A stretch of DNA of 62,248 nt, filler included, from Trichosphaerium sp. ATCC 40318 (GCA_038496445.1; 3 parts of 3 records of this genome joined end to end with filler, not necessarily neighbours in it); one strand, 5' to 3'; positions 14,002-28,404 are shown, counted from the first letter of the whole stretch. Made by a program: numbers and translations. The notes: a model not told the origin generated them from the sequence alone.

Positions 14002-16245
14002 TTATTGAATATACAAAGGATAATCTTTAAAGAACGGATTTTTAAAACCTAGTAAGTCGGAGCATTGAATATTAACATGCTTTTCAACTGTAACAACACG
14101 TTTGTTTGCTTCAGCATCAATATCATTTTTTTCATTTTTTTCGTCTGTTGAAACATGCTCCTCTGAACTGCTATCAGACTTCTCTTCGTTGTTAGAAAAG
14201 ATTCTTGAATTACTAGGTAATGAAGCTGTAACAGATTCCAATTCTTTGATTCGATTACTACATGTTGATATAAGCACAAGCAGAGTAATAACAGAAAGAA
14301 AAACCCGTACCCTTCCAGTGACACGATGCTGTAATCACTTCCCGAACTTTCTGAATCTTCCTCAATAGCTTCAACATCAAATTCACGTTTCTTATTTTCT
14401 TTCAGCTGCTGCGCACGTGGGTGGCCACAAACGTGAAAAGGGAAAGCCACGTTGACGTTCTTTGCTAAAAAAGAAGTAAAAACATTAAAAATTTTTTGTG
14501 GTTATCGCACCTCCGCTAACACACTTAATGCGAATTAGGTACTCCCTCTCGATGTGCTGCAATTTTCTTGCAGTTGGCCAGAACCAGTTCTTTGCTATCT
14601 TGAAATGCATAGCATAAACAGTAGATTCAGTTTCACCAGCAAGTACACTCGGTATGTCCTTTACTTGGAACAGGGTGTGCCTAAAAATTGTTTTGTTTCC
14701 CTGCTGCGAAGTGAATACTTGTTTCATCTTTAACTTAACGACATTGACTTGAAGGTCTGTTGAAGTCTTGTTGTTTATCGTCTATGATGAGATTATTAGT
14801 ATTTGATTACGTGTCTATGTTGTACAAGCGTAAATTTGAGGAGATGTGGGTCGTCAATGTAATGAACGGCGTTCTCATACTTTATAGAAAACACAATTCC
14901 TGTTTTAGAATGTCTAAGATTTAGGACATCTGGGTAGTCTGCTTCATCCATCTGTTGTGCAACGCTGATAGTTGCAGCTTGGGAAAACATTATTCATTAG
15001 TTAATTGGAAGTTTAGTAGGTACCATTACAGATATCAGGATGAGCAGGCTCTTGCATTATTTTGTTGAATTTTGGTTTTTTCTGAATGTTAGCACGAACC
15101 TAAAACGATCAGCTTAAAGGATTATAGTTAAGGCCTACTTGGTACAGAATGTTTCCCATATCACCTGTTGATTTCAAGAATGATGAAGGAAGCCCTTTTG
15201 GGAGCAACAAAGTAAATGGATACTCGTGATGACCAGCCGGAATTGTCTATGCATTGTTAGTATTTTTTATACCGCTCAAATTTTCCTACGTTTGTTGCCA
15301 AGCACTTGACCTCGTTCAAAAAAACACGTGTTCCTCTGAAAATAGCAGTCATTTTATCGTGTTGTCTTGTCCAATACACATTTTCCTTCAAGGCAAATTA
15401 GTTGTAACACCAGAAAAAAAATTATAGTATGCTTACCATTCCAGTTAAAAATACATGAAGACCTATCGCAGGTGTAATTGGGTACGGCGTTGAAAACTGC
15501 ACCACACCGCTTATCTTTGAGTCTGTGTGGTATGTTTTCAGAGGTAAACATATATTTAAAGCAGGAAGCGCTCTAAAAGTAAAGTAAAAATTCTAGCTGT
15601 GCACGTGATTAATTATGCTCGACGGCAAAATAGAAAATCAAAGTGAAAGCGTCAGATTATATATTCTCACCTTTTAGCTTTTTTGAGCACGTGCAGAGGT
15701 ATGGCTTCCAAACCAATCGATAGAATAAAATGCAGTTTCATTTTAGGATAACCAGCATCTGCAAAATCTATCCAAACATCTCTACAAGGCGTCAAAGAAT
15801 CTAACAAAAAACCAAAAGAGGGAACATACCTTTTCCCTTCTGATTTGACATTTGATAACTCAGAAAACAAGTGAGACGCTATCTACAGTAATATTATTAG
15901 TGCTGTACCAACTCTCGTACCTCTTTATTCGTTATTAATCCTTTTGTCTTGATTTTAATTGTTAACGGATCCAAAGGCTCCTCATCTATGAACAGATGCA
16001 ATCGTTGGTAGAAAGAGCACTTTTTAAGGTTTACACCTACTTATCGCTGAGCACGTGCTCTAAATTAAACTGGTTGTACATGTGGTCTTAGTTGTTTCCG
16101 TTTTATAAGCGAAAGAAATGTAAACGTTATTTTCAACACAAAAATCAACTGCTTCGCATACAGCTATACGCAACACGTGTATATCTGCTAGTCTATATTT
16201 GTATCTCGTAGCTGGAACATTAGAAATGATAACTGGTGCTGCCAT
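14002..16245 (-). CDS. Arrestin-domain protein, possibly with an N-terminal C2-like region
   Basis: Spliced LTGM|ENVYW...TIPAGHHEYPFTLLLPKGLPSSF...GNILYQ (arrestin-N) and WPTARKLQHIEREYLIRIKC (arrestin-C). The 5' boundary is uncertain. Confidence 0.75.
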
Positions 16246-16626
16246 AATCCACAATGAACTAAAGTATCAAGTAAGAAAACTCTCAGAATTTTTGTGACCG
16301 ATATAATCACACAGGCGCATTTTGAATGCGTGTCTATAGATTAAGCAGTGTTTTTGATCGATGGCACCAATGAAACAAAAACTGGATACTTGTTATCCAC
16401 CTACTAACCAATGTACCCGTGTATTATGCAATTGCCATGCATCCGCTATGACCAAGTACGTAATGCTAATGATGCGTTTCTAACTAGCGACAGACTGTAT
16501 TGGTAAGTTATAGCACCTTAAAGCACATGTGGAACGCTAACACCCCAGCATTTACTTAACACCAGAGTAATTTGGCATTAGAATACTGACGGATATCTTG
16601 TTTGTACATATTTAATTTACATTTCT

Positions 16627-17272
16627 TCAGTTGTTCCCACGTAGTTGCTCAGCTAGCCAATCAAACCCATCCTTAATACCACTGCCTGTAACGCCAACGA
16701 CAGGTTGTAAAAGCCACTTTTTATCCTTTAACAAAGTATACAAATCCATCTCTTCTTCAAGTTCAGCAACATTAAAAGCTCCTGGTAGATCCTGTTTATT
16801 TCCAAGTATAAGAATCGGACACTCTCTATGATCAAACAACTCCATTACTCCTACTAACTCCTTTCTAGCTGTTTGAAACCTTGAAGAGTCTGCACAGTCA
16901 ATGACAAAGATTAAGGCTGCGCTGTACATTAGGTATTGACGCCAAAGAAACCTAATCTTTTCCTGACCACCTGATAGCATGCAATTAATATAATACTACT
17001 CTATTAGATGTATTGACGTGCCTATATCCCACACTGTCATAGATATGTTTCTGAAATGCACCTCTTCAACATTAAAGCCAATTGTTGGGATAGTTGGTAC
17101 TTGTTCTCCTAATTTTAGCTGGTAAAGTATTGTCTAGTGGTTTTTAGCAACAACAATTATTCTTGCACGTTAGTACCGTTTTTCCAGCGCCATCTAACCC
17201 AACAATAGCTATTTTTGCTCTGCGATTGTTTAGAAATGAAAAGCTAGATAAATACGAGACTAATGCGCCCAT
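16627..17272 (-). CDS. ARF-family small GTPase
   Basis: MG start, GLDGAGKT|[19 protein letters not shown]|GQEKIR, GNKQD; two introns, the second GC-AG. Confidence 0.95.
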
Positions 17273-17659
17273 CAACAAGTTTATGAAGGTAAACGTGATC
17301 ACAAATTTTATTTGAACTTGTCATTTCTCTGAACAAGCAACGTAGCTTGTTAAGTGGTTTTCTTTTTTCTTTTACGTCTTTTATATTGCGTTTTATATAG
17401 AGTACGCTTTAGTAAGGATTGCACAATGTTTGAATGTAGGGACAAAATAACCAAGAGCAAAGCCATACGTAGGGCTACACATGGTTGTCATCGTACTGTA
17501 TGACCTGATGAAAGAAGCGAAAAAACGTATTGTTCCGAGATGATAAGAGGCAGGAGGTTCCATAAGGAGATACCATATGTCACCTTCTTAATACATAATA
17601 GACAGGCTAGAACATGAATTCAAATAAAACAAAATGTGGGTTGGTTATATTTATTGTTG

Positions 17660-18256
17660 CTAATGCCGTGAGATATACGCAACTTTCACAATTTGACCGT
17701 TTTGATCCCACTGAGTATATTCTCCTTCTTTCAAACCATTAACACAATGGAAACGCATTTTTAATTGGCCATTATTATGCCATTGTTGATACACTCCTTC
17801 AAGCATACCTTTAACAAAATGACATTGGAGATATAGTTGACCATTAAAATGCCACTGCTCAAACACTCCTTCTCGCTTACCATCAGTATAGCTAGTTTGC
17901 CGCTTTAATTGACCATTACTGTGCCACCACTTGTATTCACCTTGCAGTATATTGTTTGAGTAGTTACCTTGTTCATACAACTGGCTTTTGTTATTATGCC
18001 AACACCTTAGCTCTCCTTCTTTGTTACCATTAACGAAAACTTGACTGATGTTGTTCATGTTTTGTGGAGAGACACCGAAGCTGCCACATCTTTTCTGCCA
18101 CGTGCCATGTTTTTGAAGCTCGTAATTGAATCGTGTTGTTGTAGCACTGTATTTTGATAATAATGGCCACTTTTGATACACTTCAAAGTCCAAATCGATG
18201 ATATGATAATGTAGTTCAACTGGGATATTTAATAACAACATGGCTTTCTTTGCCAT
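17660..18256 (-). CDS. Intronless F-box-like + MORN-variant repeat protein
   Basis: LLNIPVELHYHII N-terminus followed by 'EGxYxxWHxNGQL' repeats. Confidence 0.85.
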   Translation of the reverse strand: MAKKAMLLLNIPVELHYHIIDLDFEVYQKWPLLSKYSATTTRFNYELQKHGTWQKRCGSFGVSPQNMNNISQVFVNGNKEGELRCWHNNKSQLYEQGNYSNNILQGEYKWWHSNGQLKRQTSYTDGKREGVFEQWHFNGQLYLQCHFVKGMLEGVYQQWHNNGQLKMRFHCVNGLKEGEYTQWDQNGQIVKVAYISRH

Positions 18257-18547
18257 TATGTTCTGTTGTAGAAAATATTTTCGTTAATGAGTCGACGTGG
18301 TTGTAAAAAAAACAACAATACCTTGTGGTTGGCTGTCATGTGTTGGATGTTGTAAATATTAAATGCGAAAGCTTCAACATTGGTCAAGTGGAGCCATAAA
18401 AAAAAGTGTTTACCCAATCTTTTGGGAAAATTATGCTATTAGGTTACACATCGATTAAAGCCAATGGGATATCAAGTGTGTAGAGGTGTCTTTATTCACG
18501 TAGAAGTGACGAAGTATTACAAGACAATTAGTATTACTCTTATTGTT

Positions 18548-20424
18548 TCATTGCAATCTTATGAATTTTATCAAAGTTTTCTAACTCCTTTGTCAGAGCC
18601 TCTTCATCTTCTTCCAGTGCATCAATCTATAATTCGAAATTTGAGTATTTGTTTGTTATTTGAAACTATGGGTTGTCGTACCTCAGTTTCAAGATACTGT
18701 TTAAAAACATCAAACTTTTGGTTCCACCCTTTTTTATCTGAAAGAAAAGTTAAGCTAGTTTATGTAAGTTAGCAACAACAAACGGACCTCCAGCACTTAA
18801 ATAGCTCTTTAGAAATCGCGCATAGCGTGTTAATAATACTGCCTTACGTATACACGCATTTTCAAAATAATCAGTATCCTAGCATAGCAATAAATGATCA
18901 GGGAAATGAAGACGATTTGATAAAAGAAAACCAACTTACTGCAGATTTAGGAAATTCAACTTGATTTGAAAACTGATACTTCTCACCTTCTCTGCTAGTA
19001 TACGAGGTACTTTAAAATGGTTAGAGGTCAAATAATATAACGTAACATCCGTAAAGCAAGTAAGAATGAAACGTACTCAACTGAAAAGCTATTAGCTTCT
19101 TTCGCTTTTGTTGAAACCTTAACAACAATAACACCTCCTTTGGTTCTACCGTGATCAAGCAAACTAGGACTTGAACTCACGATTTTGCAGAGTACACCAT
19201 CTTTTGGAACTTCATTGCCTATCATGTGAATAAGTTTTCAAGAAAATAATGAGAAATCGTGATTACCTGGAGAACCGTAAACATATTCAGCAGTAACATC
19301 ATTGCTGCTCAATTTAATTTGTGCATCAAAGACATCAATTGTAGTGATGTAATCGAACTCTTGTTTCATTAGCATAGAGAATTCCTTTGGCGTGTTGACG
19401 GAGAAGTAGTTACACCCTTTTACGGATGAGATACATTCAACAGCATCAGTATCAAAATCTGTTCCCATGCCAACAAAAGATGAGTAAATCCCTTCTGCTG
19501 CTGCTTTTTGGAATTGAGATTTTAACCCCGCATCAAACTCACGCTAAAGATCTTTAGAACCAAAAATTGGAAGCTAGAAACGCTAAGATCAGACCTTTGA
19601 TATCAACATATCTGTGAAGAAAAACAATCTTCTTTCTCTACGTTTCTCTTGTTTTGATCCTTGAAGCATCTTATAACCCGCCTCGAACCCTATTAACTAT
19701 CTAAGCTCATAGCCTAGAACAAACATTGTTCTTAACATGTAATCTTACCTTTGGATAGTGTTGTGCCTCCTTGCGCATTAACATCCAATATCTTTTTGGA
19801 TAGATTTTGTTTATCAATATCGCTCCATCTTTTTAATTCTTGTAAAGTAGACGCATTTGTATCGAACAAAACCATTCCAAAAGAGTCATCATCGCGTAGA
19901 TTATCCAACATTGAAATAACGCTTTCATTCGCTACTTGCATCTAAACGGAGAATATGAGTGGAACGTTAAAAGAGAAAACAAACTTGAAGGTCAATGTTA
20001 TGCCTTGGGCGAAAAGTATGACGTACTATTGTCTTGCATTGTCCAAATACACTGCCCATGGACCCACTAATATCCATAACTACCACAACATCAAGAGGCC
20101 ACCGTCCTTTGTTCTCGTAGAGACCAGGGCCATCCAAGTTTCCAGTCAGTCCAACACAAACAAACTTTTCTGTTTCACCTGTTGAGCAATGTTACAAAGT
20201 ACCTTCAATATGTTTAAATACGCACCGTTGATAGGATCCTTGGTTACAGCGGTGAAAAAACGAGGAGAAAACGGTTTTTCCTTTTCTTGAGCGCCAACAT
20301 TGAAATAGTGATTATAATACAGCCCTTCGTACGCTATGCTACTTGCAGGAGGTAAATAGCCTCTGTCAATGTTTGAAGTAAAGCTTGCGACCCCTTTAGC
20401 TCCTGATGTTGCGCACAATGCCAT
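18548..20424 (-). CDS. von Willebrand factor A domain protein (start may lie further upstream)
   Basis: PLDVVVVMDISGSMG (MIDAS motif), DDSFGMVLFD, GGTTLS, LFFFTD and VGMGTDFD motifs across exons; stop TGA at 18548. Confidence 0.85.
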
Positions 20425-20959
20425 TTTACGAGAGCTAAGCTGCTAGAGTTGAAAGCTACTTAGCAATACTCACTAACAAGATTAACCGAAGACTGTCACC
20501 TGCTGTAATACTTTTGTAGATCGAGTTGTTAATGTAAGAGATGTTGTAACGCTTGTAGAATTAGTTAAATCTGTTTATTACATGAACGTGTTACAAGGTC
20601 TTTAATGAGCGTTTCTAGTAAGTGAGTGTATCTCGTGGCGTGTGAAACATCTTGAATAGACTTCGAGTTACTTCGTGAACAGGTTTCGTGATAATAACAT
20701 TCCAATAGACTATAGACATCGATAATGGTTTACATAGTCTACACGAAGCATCACGGAACTAATATGGGAACGATTAGTCAATTTACACGAACCCAGAAAT
20801 AGCGAATAAGGAAAGAGTAAGAGCGTGAAACTTTCACAGAATAATAACGAATAGACCATGAATATGTAAGTGTAATCCATGTGCGTTATCACGTGACGCA
20901 TGTATATGACAGTTAATACTACAGATGAACTCTATAGATGTGATGTGTTTGTCTCAGTG

Positions 20960-22575
20960 ACTAAGATTCAATACATTACTTTTCTGTTTATCTGAATGCA
21001 CCAAAGTCTTTGTTCTTTAAAATTGTAGTGTACCATGCACAACACTTTCTAAATGTACAAATTACCCTTCAAAGTTCAGAACTCACGTTTATTACTGAAG
21101 AGCACGTTGCTAACTTTGTATTGAGTGGGTACCTTTGAATTTGGCCTTCACATTACAAATTCTGCACGTGCAATGTGTATTGAATAGTCTGTAACATGGA
21201 AACTGGACGTGACTGAGATTACCTGTACAACAACGTCATCTATATTGTCCGTATCATTTGCAAAAGTTTGCAACTTTTTGCTGTTTGTGACTTTGGTTTT
21301 CGTGTTTAGTCAGATCTGACAGATCTTACAACTTCTGTTAGTTCTTACAAGATCTATTAAATACTACTAGTAAGTTACCGTGTAAATAATTATTAATTCG
21401 TAGCCGTTTGTAGCTTTGCATTTCAGAAAAGATGAAATGTGAAACTGAAAATTCTAGGAGCATAGATATCTTTATTATACCTGACCAAATAGAAGTTACT
21501 TGTTGTATCATATACTGTAAATTAAGGTAGCAAGATTTGTAGGTCTAATAAGTGGTCAAGCAAAATACTAGAGGAACAAACACTAACGGAGATAGTGAGT
21601 AAAACTATTTATTTGAGCAAGTGCTCTCAACTTTGTTTATGAAGACTCTACACTTTCTTCTAAATCTTTTTGTTTGTATGTATCAAACACGAGCTTTTTA
21701 AGTTCATAAACTGACATTGATTCTATTTGTAGCTTTTTTTTTACCAATTCTAGGAAAGAAGCTTTAGTATCTTAATTATTTTCCATCAACTTTTGAACTA
21801 GCAAACGTGTTCGTGTCCACGTACTTCGAAGTCTCTTCGCAGATACTGACGGTGTGGACAATGGTATTTTCAATACCGATCCTGTTTGTTTCTTTACATA
21901 ATAGATGAACTAATGAAGAGTTACAAGCTAAAAAACAACAAAGAAAACCCTTTTGGGATGATCGTACAGTCTCTTCTTTGGGTTTCTCTTCTATGTATGG
22001 AGTTCCCACGTCTTTCATATCTCTACGGCCACTAGTTTTATGGTACATACCGCCACGAAGGCGCCGTATAATTGAAATTTCGGGTCCAGAATATAGATAG
22101 TCATTTCTGAAACTAATGATAGCACCTGCTGCTATTTGTTGGTCTCGAAGGCAATAAACCGATTCTACAACAGTTAAGTCTTCCACACTAACCTATGATG
22201 GATTTTTTTACCTGATAGACCTAATTCTCGCATCGTTTGATCATCCTGTAAAAACTTACCTACACGTTTGTAAGTGATGCTTTTCTACGAAAAAAAAGCA
22301 CCGCAATAGATGAGATTGTGTTCATCAAAAGAGATTCCCTCTTGGAAACGGATCTTATTCTTAAGCTCTCCAACAGTGTTAGAAGCTTCAACCGTCACCC
22401 AGGACCTTTTTCCTGAAGGAGTCATCTGTTCCTGTTAATTTCATTGCCTGCTCTAAATTGTACTTACTGCAATGATTGAGTACCCAGGCTTGTATATGTG
22501 CTCTTCACGCTTGATTGTATCATTGAGATAGGTATTCTGTTTATAAGTTGATTTGGGAGCGCACTCGTTGCCCAT
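20960..22575 (-). CDS. Hypothetical multi-exon protein
   Basis: ATG 22575 (MGNECAPKS...), ORF 21776-22186 and several splice-like junctions; no recognised domain; extent uncertain. Confidence 0.3.
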
Positions 22576-23516
22576 GGTGGTACGGTTGTTTGTTTATGTC
22601 TACCCAAGGGTTTTTTTGAAAACAAGAGATTCATTGAAATAGCGGTGGCTATTTCAAGTGCCTGTCCTCAATTATTTCACTCTATGAGACGTTATAAAGA
22701 CATTGTAAATGGGTAGCTTTCGAACACGTGACTGATTTACCCAGTGTACGAAGACCCTTACCATACAGCACTTGAAACCTCGTTGAACTGTAAAGGCTCT
22801 AACCTGAGACCATAGTGTAACACTCCTAAACCGGTAATACACTGAACAACTCATCAAACTGAATATTAAAAGAAAGCAGAGCTTTTTTCCGAAATTAACT
22901 TGTAATTTATTCTCTTCTTTGCCTTTTGCTTGATCAAAGGCAGTTTTGTAAACAAGATCAATCAATACAGACTCTAGGTATACCTGAAATGTTGATTAAT
23001 TGTTCTAGTTCTTGCGTTCTTAAACAACTGGAAGAAGTGAGTTAAGAGTTCACTCGCAACAGTATGCATTCATTTATGCAGCTTCTACTCAGCATTCTAC
23101 GGTTTGAGTCTTATTAATTGACAAAGCATGGGTTGTCTGTTTTGTGAATTTAGAGAAAAGCTACTTTGTTAACAATACTTTGGTCTGTGCTACATTGTAT
23201 GAAACCAACCTGAGTTGTTTTCTGGCGAACTGTCAAAACACTTGTAGCACTTGAAGTAAATCGTTTTTAGTTCAATTTCAAAATGGCATCTGTGTAAAAC
23301 CAAAACAAGTTCCGATTACCCTACCTTCTCGGTTTCATAATGACGTTGTTATTGTCAAGACAAACAGTCTTGCTATCCTACCGAGTATTTATCTTCCAGA
23401 CATTTCACAAGGAGATTTGTGACAAAGGCAGCTGAAACGTTATGCAAGCAATGATTGGGAAATAAACAAGAATAAAAGACATATAATTTTTATTTACTTT
23501 TTCTTTTTTGAAAACA

Positions 23517-26500
23517 TTACTGTAAAGATCCAAGGCTACTCAAGGTATCTATAGGATGCTCCTCTCGAAAAACAACAGCACGTTGGTTATCATCAATATC
23601 AAGGAGCTCTACATCTTTGATTTGTTTATGAAATTGTGTTGATTGCTAAAACGCAGACAAGTCAGAAGCGATTGACAAGAAACTTTCGTACTCTGGGAAC
23701 AACGCTTTTTCTTGCTCTTCCACTAATACTCCTTCGTCTTCTTGACTTCCCACCACCATCTCTAGACTCTTTTCTCCTAACAGATGTAAGAAATCGAAAC
23801 AACGAAGATAAAACTTACCTGTGACCTGATTTCCTTGATTGTCTAGGAGATATAGCATCACCTGCATGCCTTATACCATCCCGTTTGCTCCTGTTAGCGC
23901 TTTTACGTCTACTCTTTCTTACTTCCCTTTCTTGATTAGTTCGTTTTCGAGGTGCAGGACGTGATGGTGTTGGCTGAGAGAGCTCTTCGTCTGAACCATA
24001 CTCAACACGCTTTTTCGAAAAACAGTTAGTTTAAGCCAATTAAAGTGCTTGAAGCGTACGAGATCGGGTAGGTTTGAGTCGCCAAAAACTACATCAAAAT
24101 TTGTAATCATAGCTGTTACAGCCCAAAATATTGTAGGCAAAGTCAATGTAAAGCTTAGATCTTCTACTGGAGGATGTAATAAACTTGGTCCAAAAATCAT
24201 AGCACAATTATTCGCAGACATCAAATTCTTATCTGAATGCTTTGAAAGAACACTCAGATGCTTAATGAGGAACCTTAAAACAGATAGATTCTCTGGGGGT
24301 ATTGCTCTTAAAAATTCCTTGAGGACAGGAATTTCACGAGGTTGGCCTAAACAACAGTTAACACTTTTTTTTTGTCTTTGTTTTTCTGGTATTGAAGGAG
24401 TTTTAATGGCGTACATTCAAGCTCTGTTATGGGTTTATATAGTGCATATGTAAGCAGAGGTTCGGGCATATCTTTAAAGAAATGCTTTAAAGCATCGGCA
24501 ATAACCCATGCTTCAACATCCCGAAAAACTTCCTCTTCATCAACTTCGTCAACTAAAATAATTAGTTTAATAATGGACACTCCCAAGTGGTAGCTTACAC
24601 GTGTCTATTTGTCTCTTCAATTGTGAAACAGATCCTTCAAAGGCAGGAACACGGTACAAGCCTTCTTTTACAATATCTATAGACAGTAAGGATCTATAGT
24701 TGAAAAAAACGAAAAATCACTCTAGTCAGTTAATACGTACTTTCTGGTAGTTCAACATGTTTTACAAGAGTTCTAAGAACCCACGGAATTCCTTCACGTT
24801 GCTTTGTATCTGATTCAAGCAAAGTCGACAATTTTGCGCCATAAACTTGTAAGAAAAGTCAACAAAATTGATTCAACTTTAACTGAAAAAAAAAAGAAAA
24901 AAAAGGTTTAACATTTGTAACCTATTCGAGTTTCTTGAAGCATTAATCGATGACATTTCCTAAACTCATTCTTCCACTCTTCGCAAGCATCTTGTGAATC
25001 CAACCTCTGACTCAAAAATTACCAACAAAGTCAACAAAAAAAACCGTTTCAAAAAATCACGTGACAACAAAAAAAATCACGTGATGAACAATATGTTCTT
25101 GAGTCAAAGAATCGCTTTTCTGACGTACTATTGAAATATCTACATCGCTTGTTACAACAGTGAAAGCCATATCAACTTCATTATTGCGAGCAAGCTTATT
25201 CTTTAAACTTATCATCAATGTTTCTTTTACTTTCATCTTATCAGACTTTTCCTTTTTACAAAATAGAGCCATATCATTAAACAAGAAACAAAAACGTTCT
25301 TGCTTCTTATTCTTTGCATCTAATATCCAAAGAGGACCCTCTTTAACAAGCTTTCTCTTTATTGTCGAAAGCTGACCCTATCAGAAAAATACCACTTTAG
25401 TTTTGTTGATTAAAAAAAAGTTACGAGCACTTTTCGTTGACCCGTACCTGTACAATATCATAGTTAATGATTTTTCTTTGTGCCTCTAAAACATCGGCAT
25501 GATTTCTTGAACTTTGTACGCTTGCTTGTACTTTCTGATAAAATTGACCAATAGTCTCCCAGGCTCTTTCAAGCGTATTGTACTGATGAGCTCTTTTTTT
25601 TGGAGTCAATCTCAACATTTGCTATTGGAACGTTTTAGACTCTTTTAGATGCTTAAATATATATGGATATCGTACGCCTAATATAGCTTTATAGTGACCA
25701 ACGTGGTTCAGTGGAAACATAAGGATATCTTGTAAAGAATAATCACTTTTGGCAGCCATCTCTTTTTTAAAACTAGCAAACTTTGGCGCTTTCGACACCA
25801 AACGAGCAATAGTTCGTAAAGCATGAGCAGAGTTTTCTACATATGGTCCGTACGCAGCCATTAATGGCGCCTATAATTTACATCAGCAATTTGAAGAAAA
25901 TGGAGTGATCATGGCACCATTTTAATAAATACTCTACCAACATGTCTTAAGAATGGAATCCTTTTTTGAATTTGTTTAAACTTTTGAAGATACTCTTGAT
26001 GAACGCTGAAAAGAATTTCGATATTACAAAACATAGCATGAACGTCTTCAGATGTTATCCCATACGCATGAAAATTATCTCGTAGTGGCTTTAGATAATG
26101 CTAAAACGAGAAAATAAGAAATCTTCGGCTAGGAAAGAAAGAAAAAAAGATCGAAATTACTATTGTGATTTTACGGATTAAATTCACGTACGTTCACTGC
26201 TATTTCCAAATAATCAACGTATTCTTGTTCTTTATGTAACATGGATATAAAAAACTGGTTACGATCCTTTACAGAAAAATTATCCTTGTAAAACGCATAA
26301 CCTTACAAAAAATTAGAAACCAATAACTTTTTTTTTTTTCAATTGTAGAGTACAGTATCTCTTCATCCTCTTTCGGACAAGAAAGCCCTTCGCAACTTTT
26401 TGTATCTTCACCGCTGCTCTCTGTCTATCTAAGTCTTGCACCTTTTTCTGACAATAGGCACCAAGTTTTGACTTTAGAGAAATGTCAGAAAAAAGAAAAA

Positions 26501-26871
26501 AAAAGTCACCAAAAAAAGAATTCTTACAAATACTTTAATTTTGTCGTCCAACTTGCCGATAGCGCCAATATCATGCATTACCTACGTTTAAATATGAGTT
26601 ACTAATATGTATAAAGGCCCAAAGAGTTTGTTAAAGGTCAAAGGAGCGCACCTCAGTACGCTGAATCTGTTGTCTTAAATTATTAATATCAAGTACACCC
26701 ATTCCAAGTCCTTGTAGCACATCACGCACAACAGTAAGTAAATCCTATAAAAACCCAATTAACCCGCTTACTATATTAAAAGAAAATTGTACGTACGTGA
26801 TCAGATGCAGTAATTGAATTTGGCGATAAATGTGTAAGCATTGGAGGCATAGATTTTGATTTCTGTACATC
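23517..26871 (-). CDS. RhoGEF (DH)-PH-RhoGAP protein
   Basis: DH: YLKPLR...MFCNIEIL...YGPYVEN...LQDILMFPLNHVGHY. PH: LVKEGPL...FCFLFNDMALFCK. RhoGAP: EGLYRVPA, ADALKHFFKDMPEPLL, NLMSANNCAMIFGPSLL. The 5' end is approximate. Confidence 0.9.
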
Positions 26872-27657
26872 TCTATCTCCTCCTCTTTGGTAAAGTCGTT
26901 AAACAAGCCAAAACAACGCACAGTCTTTAATATTAGTGTATAAACAAAACAAAAAGGCAACGTGCTTTGTCACGTGGCACTTCGGGTTATTTAATGGCGT
27001 GATAAAGTCATAAAAACGAAAAACCAAAAAATAACAGAACTTCTTATTAAAAGTGCTTAAAAAAACCATAAAGGTACCTAGGCACGTGTACTGCCAAGCT
27101 CATTGTGCGTTTTTTACTGACGAGTTTTGAACTTTTTTCAGGGGCGCTGTAACTCATAGTACGATCGTCTCTTATATTTTCTTTGTATAAAAAAAGGTGT
27201 TAGAGATCGATAACTACCAGTACAAAGCCAAACCGTCGAAAGTCAATACTATATCGTACCCATCGAACTACTCTTGCCACGCATCCAGTGACTACGACGG
27301 CGTTGCCTCTTTTCGCCTGTAAAGGCCATGCCGCTTCGCCTTGAACACCAATAAAACTTATATTATCTAAGGTACGCTTACGGCTTTTTATGGACTTATT
27401 CGCAACTCCTGTGATTTGATGCATGGGTTTACTGTTCGCACTAGTTACAAACTCGATCGTGCTTGCAAAAATCTCCTTCGACTATTTTTGCGCACGTGCA
27501 AAATCCCACGCCGTAGATTTTGTGAGAAAAGCGTGTTACACAACCTCAAGCACTGATCACAGTTATAGCAAAACTCTGAATGGTGTAGTTGCGAAACATC
27601 TTCTTGACGTAGTTTGACTTGTAAACAGCTGTATGTAGTTAAACTGGGCTTGTAGGA

Positions 27658-28404
27658 ATGGAAAAGGACTCACCACCTGATTGGATGAAGCAAGGAGAAT
27701 TGACTCTACCTCCCATTGAATTTCAACAAGAACCGCCTGTAAACCCGCCAACAGTAAATACATTCTTCCAAGCGCCTACGTTTACGCACAGTGGTTCAAT
27801 TAGTACAATTAATACGAAAGAACAGAAACAAAACACTCCCACAGCACCTGTTACATTTCAAAAACCACGACCGCGCAAGAAAAGAAAGAAACAGCCTTCT
27901 ATCAAAAAGACTGCTGCTAAAAAGTACAATTCAAAAGTGTTTTCGTTTTATATTAACTCCTTTAGTAACTGGCGAGGTCAACAACGCCAGAAGATGCTTC
28001 AGCTCGAAAAACAGGCACAGGAACTCGAAAAACAAAACGAACTAAACAAGGCAGAACTAGAGGCTGAGAAGGTGCGCAAAATACTGTCGGTTTTTTAAAC
28101 CGCGCCTGAATTTCGCCGGATTTTACATAAACGAAAAAAAAAAGCCATCAGTCACTGTTTTAAAGACACTTACGCCATTTTTTAGATTATGCAAGCGCTT
28201 GTGCGTAAAGAGCGTGATGATTTACGCGATTTTATGAATATCGCTGTTCAAGCGTGGCTCAACGTTCCAGACTTTTCTAATTGCAACGTGATGCCTGGGA
28301 TGCAGCAGCAAGGAAACAACCAGTCCAGTGACAATAGTGATTATCCCATGACGAACTCTGGTCCATTTTCGTTTACTAATTCTTCAGCAGCGCACGCAGA
28401 CTGA
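27658..28404 (+). CDS. bZIP-type transcription factor
   Basis: Basic region RPRKKRKK...KKTAAK...WRGQQRQK followed by heptad leucines (LEKQAQELEKQNELNKAEL); intron before the IMQALVRKE exon. Confidence 0.7.
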
